Positions 13,550 through 26,444 are shown, numbered from the stretch's first letter. The stretch: 64,000 nucleotides of DNA from Octopus bimaculoides (GCF_001194135.2 NC_068991.1:32021923-32085922); one strand, 5' to 3'. Notes: generated by a model from the sequence alone, not told the origin. Numbers and translations: made by a program.

Positions 13550-15658
13550 AGGCTTAGGGAAAGCCCCCGGCCCATCAGGAATCTCTGCAGAGATGCTCAA
13601 AATATCTGGCAGTGTCGGCTATAGCCTAGTCACCCGTATTGTTAACCAGGTGATACATGAAGGAGTCATACCCAATGACTGGTGTAGCAGCACCATAGTC
13701 AACTGCTACAAAGGTAAAGGTGACGCTTTAGATACAAATAATTACAGAGGTATCAAGTTGTTAGATCAGGTAATGAAAGTCACGGAGAGGGTCATAGCCC
13801 AACTAATTAGGGAGAGAGTCAATTTAGATGAGATGCAGTTTGGATTTGTGCCAGGGAAAAGCACCACTGATGCTATATTTCTGGTAAGACAGCTGCAGGA
13901 GAAANNNNNNNNNNNNNNNNNNNNNNNNNNNNNNNNNNNNNNNNNNNNNNNNNNNNNNNNNNNNNNNNNNNNNNNNNNNNNNNNNNNNNNNNNNNNNNNN
14001 NNNNNNNNNNNNNNNNNNNNNNNNNNNNNNNNNNNNNNNNNNNNNNNNNNNNNNNNNNNNNNNNNCCTCCTATTTATCATAGTCCTCCAGGCGATAACGG
14101 AGGAATTCAAGACAGGATGCCCCTGGGAGCTCCTCTATACTGATGACCTTGCGCTAATTGCTGAGTCACTATCAGAACTAGAGGAGAAGTTCAGGTGTGG
14201 GAGCAAGGACTAGAATCGAAGGGCCTTAGAGTCAACTTAGCTAAAACCAAAGTCCTAATAAGTAGGAAGGTAGACAAAACACAAACCCCTTCAGGTAGAT
14301 AGCCTTGCTTGATCTGGAGAAAAGGCGTAGGTAGAAACTCTATAAGATGTACCCAGTGCAAGCTATGGACACATAAGAAGTGCAGCATTATCAAAAGAAG
14401 GTTAACTAGGAAGTTAGTTTTTGAATGTGGCAGATGTTCAGGAGCAATAAACACTGAAAATGTGCAGAAAACAACTTTGGCCATATTCCATGGAGAAAAA
14501 CTAGATGTAGTTGATAACTTCCGCTATCTAGGAGACTAAGTTAATAGTGGGGGAGGGTGCGCTGAGAGTGTAGCTGCTAGAATAAGAATAGCCTGGGTAA
14601 CGTTCAGAGAGCTCTTACCTCTGCTGGTGACAAGGGGCCTCTCACTCAGAGTAAAAGGCAGACTGTATGACGCATGTGTAGGAACAACCATGTTTCATGG
14701 CAGTGAAACATGGGCCGTGACTGTGGAGGACATGCGTAGGCTCGCAAGGAATGAAGCCAGCATGCTCCGATGGATGTGTAATGTCAGTGTGCATACTAGA
14801 CAGAGTGTAAGTACTTTGAGAGAAAAGTTGAACCTAAGAAGCAAGCATCAGTTGTAGTGTGCAACAGAGATGATTGTGCTGGTATGATCATGTGGCGAGA
14901 ATGGATGAGAATAGCTGTGTGAAAAAGTGCCACACCCTAGAAGTTGAGGGAACCTGTGGAAGAGATCCTGGGATGAGGTGGTGAGGCACAACCTTCGAAC
15001 ATTGGGCCTCACCGAGGCGATGACTTCTGACCGAGACCTTTGGAAATATGCTGTGCGTGAAAAGACCCAGCAAGCCAAGTGAGACCTAAATCCAAGGCCT
15101 CTGCCAGGGGTGTAGCCAGCCCACTTATGCGTACCTTGCTTTATTGGACACTAAACTCCACTTGCGAAGACCTGTTGAGGCAAGTGAAATCGGAATCGAA
15201 CTAAATTCGATGACTAGCACCCATGCCAACGTTGTCTCCTTCATTGGACACGAAACTCGGCTTGCGAAGACCTGTTGGGGCAAGTGAAAGCAAAATCATG
15301 ATGGCACCTGTGCCCAGAGTCGCCTTCCTGGTACTTGTGCCGGTGGCACGTGTAAAGACATTTGAGTGAGATCGTCGCCAGTGCCGCTTGACTGGCTCGT
15401 GTGCAGGTGGCACGTAAAATACACCACTTTGAGCGTGGCTGTTGCCAGTACCACCTGACTGGCCTTCATGCCGGTAGCACATAAAAGCACCCACTACACT
15501 CGGAGTGGTTGGCCTTAGGAAGGGCATCTAGCTTTAGAAACACTGCCAAATCAGATTGGAGCCTGGTGTAACCATCTGGTTCACCAGTCCTCGGTCAAAT
15601 CGTCCAACCCATGCTAGCATGGAAAGCGGACGTTAAATGATGATGATGATGATGATGA
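13550..15658 (+). mobile_element. 5'-truncated RTE-clade LINE (RT domain, 3'UTR, (GAT)n tail), disrupted
   Basis: KAPGPSG, NYRGIKLL, QFGFVPGKSTTDAIF, LLYTDDLALIAE and LFHGSETW-like motifs; stops and frameshifts; (GAT)n tail. Confidence 0.95.
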
Positions 15659-17079
15659 AAGCAAAATTGTTTTCATAAACACTTAAAATTCTATTCTGGA
15701 TTCCCAATTTATTATTTTGCTGGTTTGGGCTCCATAAAATCTTATATGGACCCTGGTTGAGAACCGCTGAATTAGAATTTTTTCTGGGTGGGGGAAGAAA
15801 ACCCAAACAAAAAGCGACCTTTTAACTAAACTTGAGTAGTGTCTAAAGTGTCTTAAAATCACAACTGCTTAATGTTTGGTTAATTACTTTCTTTAATTTA
15901 ATGTTCACAATAAGATCTAATTTGTTTCCATCCAGAACATACAGTGTGATTTTTTCTGCATAATGTGTGAATAAGTAAGGCTGTGATGTTAAAATGTTCA
16001 CACAGCAATCACATGGTTCCAAAATTGATTCCACTGTATGGTACTATAGGCAAGTGTTTTTTACCCTAGCCTTGCATAGAACAGAAACTGTGTGAAAGCC
16101 ATGTTGATAGGCTAAACCACTTTTGGGATGGTTACACTTGCTTTTACCATCCAGCCATTAATGAAGTCTCTTCTGTGTGCTGTGAGATGTAACAGAACCA
16201 GCAGTTCCTCCTTCCACTCCCCACTCTCACAGGTACTTGCCATTTATCCCTTCACATCACATCCATCTCCTTCCTATTGACCTTTCAATATCCACTATGA
16301 AAACACAATGTTGACTATGAAAGCACAAACAATGACCACAGACGCAGAAATGGTACCTCAGAACCTTAAGAGCAAAAAATCAAGAATAAAAATTTGAAAT
16401 TGCTGAGGAAGCAAAAACTTACCAAGGACTGAAATATCAAATATGATAAAAGATTAAAAAATATAAACAAATAAATAAATAAATTGGTGAAAATAAAATC
16501 AAAATATTCTAATTTTTGTTTTTAAAGTTTAATCAGGAAGAAGGGACTGTGGCCTATGACCTCCAGAGGTCAATGTAGTTATGTTCACCTTGAATAAATC
16601 AAAGTTAGAGTTAAACACAGGTTGAGGATTGACAACACTGCAGATAAAAAGGATTGGGTTAATGTTGTACTTTGAGGCAGGGGAGAAGATTTGGGTGGTG
16701 GTAGTGAAGAGCAGAGACTATTTTAGTATCAGTGCAATAAGCACAGAGAGGAGACACAATGTGTCTATCAGATGTTGGTGAGTTGATGCTAGTCAGTAGC
16801 AGCACTGACCCTCCTATATGTGGTAGAGAAGTAATCCACAGTTTTTTGTGAATCTGAGATTGTCAGAAGAGATCATTAATCATGGTGAAGTGGCATGTGT
16901 GAGAGCAATTGTCTGTAATTTAATGGAAAAATACTCTGAAAGTAAAGTACCTCTGAAATGTGAATATAAATAGAATAAAACAAGTTTCGCGTAAATCACA
17001 TATGGGTTTTGTTTCCACAAATTTATGCAGTGGAAGCTGGAGTTATTGCCCTTTAACGTAAACACCTAGATAGTTTTGT

Positions 17080-18640
17080 TGGCATACTCCACTGACTTTG
17101 TTGCCTCATAACTTCCAGAAAAATGGATACTTTTTAACAAAATTTTCAACAAATACCACTGTGGACTCGGAATTTTTTGGGATTTATGGGAAAGAACTTT
17201 TCCGAGGGGTTGGGGAGAGGAGTTTCGGAAAATGGATTTCTTTTAATGAAATTTTATACAAATATCTTTATAATCGTAATCTATGCTGTTTGAAAGGTAT
17301 TTGTATAAAATTTCATTAAAAGATATCCGTTTTCCTGAAAGTTATGAGNNNNNNNNNNNNNNNNNNNNNNNNNNNNNNNNNNNNNNNNNNNNNNNNNNNN
17401 NNNNNNNNNNNNNNNNNNNNNNNNNNNNNNNNNNNNNNNNNNNNNNNNNNNNNNNNNNNNNNNNNNNNNNNNNNNNNNNNNNNNNNNNNNNNNNNNNNNN
17501 NNNNNNNNNNNNNNNNNNNNNNNNNNNNNNNNNNNNNNNNNNNNNNNNNNNNNNNNNNNNNNNNNNNNNNNNNNNNNNNNNNNNNNNNNNNNNNNNNNNN
17601 NNNNNNNNNNNNNNNNNNNNNNNNNNNNNNNNNNNNNNNNNNNNNNNNNNNNNNNNNNNNNNNNNNNNNNNNNNNNNNNNNNNNNNNNNNNNNNNNNNNN
17701 NNNNNNNNNNNNNNNNNNNNNNNNNNNNNNNNNNNNNNNNNNNNNNNNNNNNNNNNNNNNNNNNNNNNNNNNNNNNNNNNNNNNNNNNNNNNNNNNNNNN
17801 NNNNNNNNNNNNNNNNNNNNNNNNNNNNNNNNNNNNNNNNNNNNNNNNNNNNNNNNNNNNNNNNNNNNNNNNNNNNNNNNNNNNNNNNNNNNNNNNNNNN
17901 NNNNNNNNNNNNNNNNNNNNNNNNNNNNNNNNNNNNNNNNNNNNNNNNNNNNNNNNNNNNNNNNNNNNNNNNNNNNNNNNNNNNNNNNNNNNNNNNNNNN
18001 NNNNNNNNNNNNNNNNNNNNNNNNNNNNNNNNNNNNNNNNNNNNNNNNNNNNNNNNNNNNNNNNNNNNNNNNNNNNNNNNNNNNNNNNNNNNNNNNNNNN
18101 NNNNNNNNNNNNNNNNNNNNNNNNNNNNNNNNATTGGTCTGGAGTGGAATGATGAATGATGAAGGGGTTGTACAAAAAAATTTTTTAAACATTTTTTCAT
18201 AAAAAGATGTTCCCTGTCCACATCATTTCGAAGGCTGTGGTTAAAAAAAAATGGGAAAAATTCCCATCAACACGGAGTAGTTCCAACTTATATGGTCTTC
18301 CTGATCCGAAACTCCATTTTTAAAATTCCTCTTCCCACCTCCTTGGAAAAACTTTTACATACAAATATCTTTATAATCGTAATCTATGCTGTTTGAAAGG
18401 TATTTGTATAAAATTTCATTAAAAGATATCCGTTTTCCTGAAAGTTATGAGGATAAAAAGTTGGATTGTGTGAATTATCTGAAACTCCTCACCCTACACC
18501 CTCAAAAAAATTATTTCCCATAAATCCCTATTTACTCTGAATCCACAGTATCTAAGCAGTATTTGTTGAAAATTTTGTTAAAAAGCATCCAATTTTCTGG
18601 AAGTTATGAAGTAACAAAATCGGGTGAGTGGGGGTATACA
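17080..18640. mobile_element. Foldback/MITE-like element with long modular TIRs (centre in gap)
   Basis: About 17080-17233 is the reverse complement of about 18474-18640; internal sub-repeats of the TIR module; perfect 24-bp hairpin 17241-17264 / 17298-17321. Confidence 0.75.
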
Positions 18641-20850
18641 TCTATGTTTATACAGTATAGTATAAAACTATACTGATATATTCACTACATAGTAAAAAAA
18701 ACTGCTTAGATTATAATTTTATTAATATATAATTAGAATGTTCTTTTACCTCAATACTCCTTTATTAATACCAGTATATACCTATTAATCAATATTCACA
18801 GATACCATCTGATGAGTTAGTATTTAAGAGTACAATATGTATAAATATTAAACTATTTCTGAATAATTTCTTTTCCTCCCTCAATTGTGGTAAAAGTTTG
18901 GTATATACTCAAAAGTATCCATAAATTTCTATCCTTTTGTTAATATATTCTTCTTAATAACCCTCTGAATAGCCATAAACTTTATCTATATACAATATAG
19001 CAACATTGTTTGAAAACATTTAACTTTAGTACTACATGATAAGACTTCCCCTGTTTCATTATCAATGGTCTGCTAGTAGGAAACTCCCTTAGTGGTCAGC
19101 CAACATCTTGTTTTAAGTTTTCCTTTACCAAACCTCATGATTTTTATGACTATACCAACTATGATTTCTGTCTGCTCTCTCAGCCCTACCCCTAACAGAT
19201 AATGCCCATTATTCTTTCAGCCTTAGATATACAAGGTTTGATAAACTAGTCTATAAATTAAAACTGACTCCATATAAACAAATAAAATCAGTGACAGGCA
19301 GAGTCTTCTTGACAATTTATTTATTAACTTCTATGCTGTAGTAGAGGCAACATGTTCTATGTCTATCTCCTCAACTTCTTGGAGATTTTAGGTATAATTA
19401 TACTAATGTATCCATCTGTTCTAATTTAAATGAATTCTATGTTTCTGTGCAGCTGAGGATTGCTCTGCATTTTAAATTGATGCAATGATTGCATTGTTCA
19501 ACGATCATGAAATGATCGTACTGCATTACCTCTGGATATCCTTGTTGATTATTTTGATTTTAATCACCTTACTTTGAAATTGTATGGATAATACCATACT
19601 AAATTCTGGTGCCTCAACTTAAGTATCATATTCACCTGAATCTAAATTTTTGCTGAATTCATCTACCATACCCAAAGTATATATATATGTATGTATATAT
19701 ATATATATATTTCTATGTACACATGTATATATATATGTATATATACATGTATATGTGTTATTCTTTCTCTCTCTCTCATACACTCACACGCATGCGCGCA
19801 CATGCACACACAGGTATTTGAGAAATAATGTTTAAAAGTGAGATTAACCGGAAATAACCAAAGTATTATTTTACAAATTGTGAGCAGACGATAGCTGTGT
19901 ATATATATTTCTATATACGTGTGTGTGTACACAACACACACATGCTCACTCACTCACACACATGTATTTGACAAACATCATTTAAAAATGAGACTAACTG
20001 GAATTAACCAAAGTGTCATTTTACGAATTGTAAGCAGACGATAGCTTTTTAAAGCTACGCCAATGTTTTAGAATCATCTCACTTATGCTTGATAACTATT
20101 AATCTCCGAACTCTCCCAAATAAGACATCTAAAGTCAACATTAAGGTGAAGTACATTTCTAAATTCTTTGTTAGACCCTCCAGTGTTCACATTGTCAGTT
20201 ACCATTCTCTTCACGAAGAATCCATCTGAAGTTTAAGCTGGATGTACTAGAAATAGCAGCCAAATCCTTCCTGTGAGCGGACAATATATTCAATAACGAT
20301 AATAACTTAAATGGTATATATATATATATAACGATTGCTATGAAAGCAAACAATACAAATTCATTTAATTCCTAATAATATTTAATTATAAAAATATAAA
20401 AGGATTCTTAAAACATTGAATGAGGGTCCAGCAAAAGAGAATAGGAAAGGGGTCTATAAGCAAAAAAAGGGTTTGAGAACTACTGCTACTTCTATTATAG
20501 CCTTGGGCTGACCAAAGCCTTGTCTTTTTATTAAAATAGAAAAAAGATCCATACAAGAACAGCAAGTTTCCAAACTTACTGGATGGGAGAGACATTACTG
20601 AAGATGAAAGAGAAGGAGGGGGAGAGGTTTTTCTATTTATGGTGAAGTGTCTTCAAGATTGTGAAACATTTCTCATACATCATTTCTGTTTATAACAAAG
20701 ATGTGATGTTCTAAACTGTTCCAGTAAGATCATAATAAGATGTTGTTATGTGATCATAAGCACTGAAAGACATCGTAACATGGTCACACAACTGCTAGAA
20801 AGGTGCCACATAGCATGATCATAACTACAAGGAAGACATCATTACATATA

Positions 20851-21637
20851 TGTAGGATTTTCGAGCGAGATCGTTGCCAGTGCCCCTGGACTGGCTCTTG
20901 TGCGGGTGACACACGAAATACACCATTTTGAGCGTGGCCGTTGCCAGTACCGCCTGACTGGCCTTGTAGGATTTTCGAGCGAGATCGTTGCCAGTGCACC
21001 TGGACTGGCTCTTGTGCAGGTGGCACATAAAATACACCATTTTGAGCGTGGCCGTTGCCAGTACCGCCTGACTGGCCTTGTAGGATTTTCGAGCGAGATC
21101 GTTGCCAGTGCACCTGGACTNNNNNNNNNNNNNNNNNNNNNNNNNNNNNNNNNNNNNNNNNNNNNNNNNNNNNNNNNNNNNNNNNNNNNNNNNNNNNNNN
21201 NNNNNNNNNNNNNNNNNNCATATATGTAGGATTTTCGAGCGAGATCGTTGCCAGTGCCCCTGGACTGGCTCTTGTGCGGGTGACACACGAAATACACCAT
21301 TTTGAGCGTGGCCGTTGCCAGTACCGCCTGACTGGCCTTGTAGGATTTTCGAGCGAGATCGTTGCCAGTGCACCTGGACTGGCTCTTGTGCAGGTGGCAC
21401 ATAAAATACACCATTTTGAGCGTGGCCGTTGCCAGTACTGCCTGACTGGCCTCCGTGCGGGTGACACATAAAAGCACCCACTACACTCTCGGAGTGGTTG
21501 GCGTTAGGAAGGGCATCCAGCTGTAGAAACTCTGCCAAATCAGATTGGAGCCTGGTATAGCCATCTGGTTTCACCAGTCCTCAGTCAAATCGTTCAACCC
21601 ATGCTAGCATGGAAAGCGGACGTTAAACGATGATGAT
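20851..21637 (+). mobile_element. RTE 3' end with tandem 114-bp 3'UTR units
   Basis: Units start at 20851, 20965 and 21079 and resume after the gap; ends in the same ...ggaaagcggacgttaaacgatgatgat tail as 15480-15658. Confidence 0.9.
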
Positions 21638-21700
21638 GACTCCTTGCCATTGCCAGGTAATTATCAATTTGAACCAGTAACAGCAAAAACATATTTGTTA
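21637..21700 (-). pseudogene. Partial duplicate of the RTN 59-nt exon with dead acceptor
   Basis: GTTCAAATTGATAATTACCTGGCAATGGCAAGGAGTCA matches the first 38 nt of the exon with 2 synonymous differences; acceptor is ttactg instead of ttacag; truncated by the RTE tail. Confidence 0.9.
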
Positions 21701-21796
21701 TAAACAGAAATAATGTATGTGAAATGTTCCACAATCTTGAAGGCACTTCACCATAAATAAAAAAAAAAAAACCTCTCCCCCTTCTCTTTCATCATA

Positions 21797-21935
21797 AAAC
21801 ATGATCATAGCTACTAAGGAGATGTCATATGGCATGATGAAAACTACTATGGAGATTATATTACAAAGCATGGTCATAGCTACAATGGAGATGTTATAAA
21901 GCATGATCATGGTTAGTAGGGAGATATCATAAAGT
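21797..21935 (+). repeat. Degenerate ~33-bp minisatellite (related units at 20720-20845)
   Basis: Recurring aagcatgatcatagctacaatggagatgttat-like unit. Confidence 0.7.
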
Positions 21936-21953
21936 AAAAATGAAATATCTTAC

Positions 21954-22012
21954 TGCTGCAATATTTTATTGAATTGACTCCTCGCCATTGCCAAGTAATT
22001 ATCAATTTGAAC
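21954..22012 (-). CDS. RTN: Reticulon exon (59 nt): VQIDNYLAMARSQFNKILQ(Q), amphipathic helix region
   Basis: QID.YL motif; tttttgttgttacag| acceptor and CA|gtaaga donor; conserved 59-nt size; phase fits both neighbours. Confidence 0.95.
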
Positions 22013-23046
22013 CTGTAACAACAAAAACAGATGTTTAAAACAATATTTAATTAATCAGTTCCACTAATAATCAATATACTAGTAATCATATCATCAACAC
22101 ATTGTATTTTCTTCAGTAGTCAAATACAGGTGTTTTTGTGGAAGAATTGTACTTTCCATGGAGTCAGGATGTTGAATGCTTACATTATAGACAGACAACT
22201 AAATGGTGAAACTGACATTAGAGGGAACTGAACTGAAAAAAGTTAGTCACCAAACTAGATGCAGTAATGCCCCAAATTTGGAGTTTTACTGATTTTGATT
22301 CAAGCTAAATGCAAATATTTTCTTCTCAGACATTTAATATGTTTTGCATATTTAATAAAAATTCTTTCTACTATAGGCCTGAAATTTTGCAGGAGGAAGC
22401 AAGTCGGTTACATTGGCCCCAGTACTTAGTTGGCAATTATTTTATCAACTCTGAAAGGATGAAAGGCAAAGTTGATCTCAGCAGATTTGAACCTAGAATG
22501 TAACGAGCAAAGCGAAATACCATTTAGCATAATGTCCAGAGCGCTAATGACTCTGCTAGCCCAACAAAGAAGAATAGCAAGTGATGTCTTCCTCTGTATC
22601 AATATTAAAAAAAAAAAATATTTTACAACATGGTTTGAAGCAAAAGTTGTATTACTAATTAATCACAAAATAAACATGCTAGTATCAACACACTAAATAC
22701 TCTGAGAGATAGTGATCAAGAATGAGGGCAAAAACAGGTGTGCTGTTGTAAAGGAGATACATGGCTACCCACCCAGAGGGAAGAGCATAAAATTTAGTTA
22801 TGAGGGTTCACTAGAATCAAGGCACATCAACAGGTAGGATGCCAGAAATGGTTAGGTATGATAACATTAAGTTGACAATGTTGTAAACAACATTGAAGAC
22901 GAAGTGTTGGTAGGATATGTTAGACATAGAAGTTATCAAATCCAATTTAAACTGGAGATCCAACTCAGGGGCTGGCCCTTAGTGTGGCATAGGTATAAAC
23001 AGCAAACACATTTGTGTTTATTTTATAAATATACATATATACATAT

Positions 23047-23315
23047 TAAGAAATTAAAATGAGAAAGGAACAAGAAATTATGTCATGAACTTCATTAGCT
23101 TACAGCCATTTCTACAATAAGATGCAATGCATTCATAGTTGAATGCTTGTGTATAACACTAGTAAAACTGCACTTCATGTTTGAAGCTCCGATGAAGCTA
23201 TAAGGTGATACACAAGCATTCAACTATAAGTGCATTGCACCATATAGCAGTAACTGCTGCAAGCTAATGAAGTTCATGACATAATTTCTTGTTCCCTTGT
23301 CATTTTAATTTCTTA
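23047..23315. mobile_element. Inverted repeat (~115-bp arms), probable Penelope-like pseudo-LTR remnant with a decayed hammerhead
   Basis: Arms are near-identical at their outer ~60 bp. Right arm reads agct-CCGATGA-agctata...tatagca-GTAAC-tgct-GCA-agct; left arm (minus strand) reads GAAAT-ggct-GTA-agct. Confidence 0.6.
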
Positions 23316-23582
23316 TGATTGCTTGGTACTCGACTGACGCTTTGTTCTGAAGTATATGTATACTGAGTTCTAACACCGGGTTATTAGTAATGCTATGCCT
23401 AATAATAATAATAATAAAAATAATTATGGTTTCAAATTCTGGCACAAAGAGAGTAATTTCAGAGTTGAGGGTCAGTTGATTATGTCACCTTCAGTGCTCA
23501 ACTGGTATTTATTTTACCGACTCTGAAAGGATGAAAAGCAAAGTCAAGCTTAGCGTGCTAATTATGCTACCAGCTTGCCACC

Positions 23583-23624
<42 letters not shown>

Positions 23625-23628
23625 TACG

Positions 23629-23671
<43 letters not shown>

Positions 23672-24055
23672 NNNNNNNNNNNNNNNNNNNNNNNNNNNNN
23701 NNNNNNNNNNNNNNNNNNNNNNNNNNNNNNNNNNNNNNNNNNNNNNNNNNNNNNNNNNNNNNNNNNNNNNNNNNNNNNNNNNNNNNNNNNNNNNNNNNNN
23801 NNNNNNNNNNNNNNNNNNNNNNNNNNNNNNNNNNNNNNNNNNNNNNNNNNNNNNNNNNNNNNNNNNNNNNNNNNNNNNNNNNNNNNNNNNNNNNNNNNNN
23901 NNNNNNNNNNNNNNNNNNNNNNNNNNNNNNNNNNNNNNNNNNNNNNNNNNNNNNNNNNNNNNNNNNNNNNNNNNNNNNNNNNNNNNNNNNNNNNNNNNNN
24001 NNNNNNNNNNNNNNNNNNNNNNNNNNNNNNNNNNNNNNNNNNNNNATATATATAT

Positions 24056-24268
24056 TTGCCAGTACCGCCTGACTGGCCTTCGTGCCAGTGGCACGTATAA
24101 GCACCCACTACACTCTCTGAGTGGTTGGCGTTAGGAAGGGCATCCAGCTGTAGAAACTCTGCCAAATCAGATTGGAGCTGGTGTAGCCATCTGGTTCACC
24201 AGTCCTCAGTCAAATCGTCCAACCCATGCTAGCATGGAAAGCGGATGTTAAACGAAGATGATGATGAT
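24056..24268 (+). mobile_element. RTE 3'-end fragment
   Basis: High similarity to 15480-15658 including the (GAT)n tail. Confidence 0.9.
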
Positions 24269-25300
24269 TTATATTCCCGAGTGTTAAACTAATACACCTG
24301 CTTTCACCTGTCTTTGCCTTTTGTTTTCTGTAAATTTGAACTATATATATATATAAACATATATATACCTTTATATATGTATAGTTACAACCAGAACAAT
24401 GTACATGAGCGAAAGTGATTGGACTACCAAGTGAAAGGTCTGGAGTTCAAGTCCACTATAGGCAATTCTATGTGTGTTTAGACAAACACTTAACTCTTCC
24501 CACCTCAATTCATCAAACTGTGAAGAACATGTATTTGATGTTCTGTAATAACCTGGCAGCTTACCCTGAAGGATATCTCTCTCTCTCATTTGTGGTAGAT
24601 TATATAGGTAGAGGTGCGTTGATTGAGTGGCTAGAATAATGTATCACCTGGAACACTGCTTGTCAGGGGGACATCTTTATTTTACAGTGTGTTAATTTCT
24701 ATAGGGGTAAAGTGCAGTGTTCATGGCCTTTGTAAGCCCTCCCATACAAGTGAGATTAATGGAACTGATGCCTAGTAACAGACAGAACTCCATTAGAGGC
24801 ATCCAATACACAGGATGTGGTGTTAAAGAATAAGTGTGACATCAATCAGGGAATGTTATATGTATGTAATAGACTAGCAACTTATCCAGGAAGAGATTTA
24901 TTTCTCATCTACTTCATGTCAAAGACTGGCCTGGGGAGGATGCATTTATGCATAGAAAGAAATTTGGTGGTTTGAAATCATTTCTTTTCTTTTATATTTG
25001 TATTTTTGGATAATTTTCCAGATTGTATGGTTGCCTAATGTGTGAGAGTGATTATATATACACGTGCAGTGTTGTTTAGTAGATTAGACTGATAGCCTGT
25101 ATGCACAGCTGAAGAGAGAGCTTCTATCTTGCTACCAAAATTGAAAGCCTCATGCAACAAGATGCAACTAGTTACTTCACTACTAAAAGCAACCGGAATA
25201 CTCCTATGTAACTTCAGATAGTTATTACTATACAAGAAATTGAAAGGAATAAATTCCAGACGAAATTAGGATGGTGAAGCTGAGTTTCAAACCAACGTAC

Positions 25301-25347
25301 CTTGTATGTTTCATAAATCTTTGGGAGTGTGAAAATTATCACAACAC
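25301..25347 (-). CDS. RTN: Reticulon RHD exon (47 nt): (S)VVIIFTLPKIYETYK
   Basis: Pyrimidine tract ending ccctag| and AAG|gtacgt donor; conserved 47-nt size; F.LP.IYE motif. Confidence 0.95.
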
Positions 25348-26444
25348 CTAGGGAAAAAAGAGAAGAAAATGATGAACATATATAAATACACACAAACATC
25401 CATCACCTTATATACATATATACACTATTATACATACATACACACTCATAAGCCTCTCCCCACAATCACTGTCATTACAACCATATTCTTATTCCTTCTA
25501 TCCACCTATTCTGGCCCTTCTACTATCTTTCCTATTGCCCCTCCTAGGTCACAGTACCTTAAGCAAACATACACGTCTTAGGGCAACAAGTACTCTTTGC
25601 CTTTATAGTGTACAGGTAAAACCTCTTGTGCTGTTGCCATGTTGAAATGCAAGCACTGCATTCTCTAGAGTGACAGGCAAGTAAAGCATAAACTTGAGAG
25701 GTCATTTCAATCTTAAGAACTTCATATTAATTTGTCTATAGTGCTAGCAGCATGATAAATTGTATGGAGTGCACTTTTATCTGGTGATAAGAAGGGCATC
25801 GAGTCTTAGAAACCAAGCCAAACTGAAACGAGTGCCAGCCTGTGAGAGCAATGGCTCTTAATAAGAACTGACTCAGACTGTGACAATCTATCCAGTATGT
25901 CAGCATGGAAAGTGAATGTAAAACTGACGATGATTATGGTGCACACACACGAGTGAATAAAGAGAGGAGGGAGAGAGAAAGAGACAGATAGATAATATTT
26001 TTAGCACACATTTTCATGAGAAAAAGAGAAGACAATTTTATTTTAGTGAAAGCATGATAAAATGTTGTTGGTTTGGGCAGAATAAGTATGACAAGGCTGA
26101 ACCATTTGAATTACAGCTTCAATAAGTGTAACAAAGGCAGCCCATTTCAGTTACAGGTAGACTCTATGCAATAGGTTTTTGCACAATTTTCACTCACATG
26201 TTTTTAGGTTACCCTGAGGCTAGAGTGACTTACTGTACAATGAGATCCAGCCAAGGAACATATAACTGGGAAGTGAACTTCTTAACTATTCATTCATGTC
26301 TAGAACCCTTTTGTAATAGATATTAAATAAATACTTAATTATATGTTTATCATTATGATTATACTTTTAATCCTAAATGCCTCTTTCAGCCAAATTGAAC
26401 AAAATCACATAAGGAACTTCCCAAAAAATTATTATATTACTTAC

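Noticed and set aside
17281-18221. Long ORFs full of X (also at 23.5-24.1, 26.8-27.2, 35.2-36.5, 38.1-39.1, 50.9-51.8 and 52.4-53.1 kb)
   Set aside because: Artefacts of reading through N gaps and flanking microsatellites.
17257-18451. Identical ~92-bp direct repeat on either side of the gap (17257-17348 and 18359-18451)
   Set aside because: Could be a true internal repeat but is equally likely a contig-end overlap; cannot be resolved.
18720-19660. Stretch with decayed coding-like texture on the minus strand
   Set aside because: No motif could be recognised in any frame; needs TBLASTX against repeat and viral databases.
20851-21480. CRISPR-like appearance of the regular repeats (also 39.0-40.2 kb)
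   Set aside because: Units are contiguous with no unique spacers, the context is eukaryotic and there are no cas genes.
20784-21574. 200-250-aa repetitive ORFs on both strands
   Set aside because: Produced by the stop-free 114-bp tandem unit of an RTE 3'UTR; no coding signature.
21560-21595. CTGAGGA plus hairpin on the minus strand of RTE 3' ends
   Set aside because: The hairpin is followed by ATGG rather than GAAA, so it is not a hammerhead.
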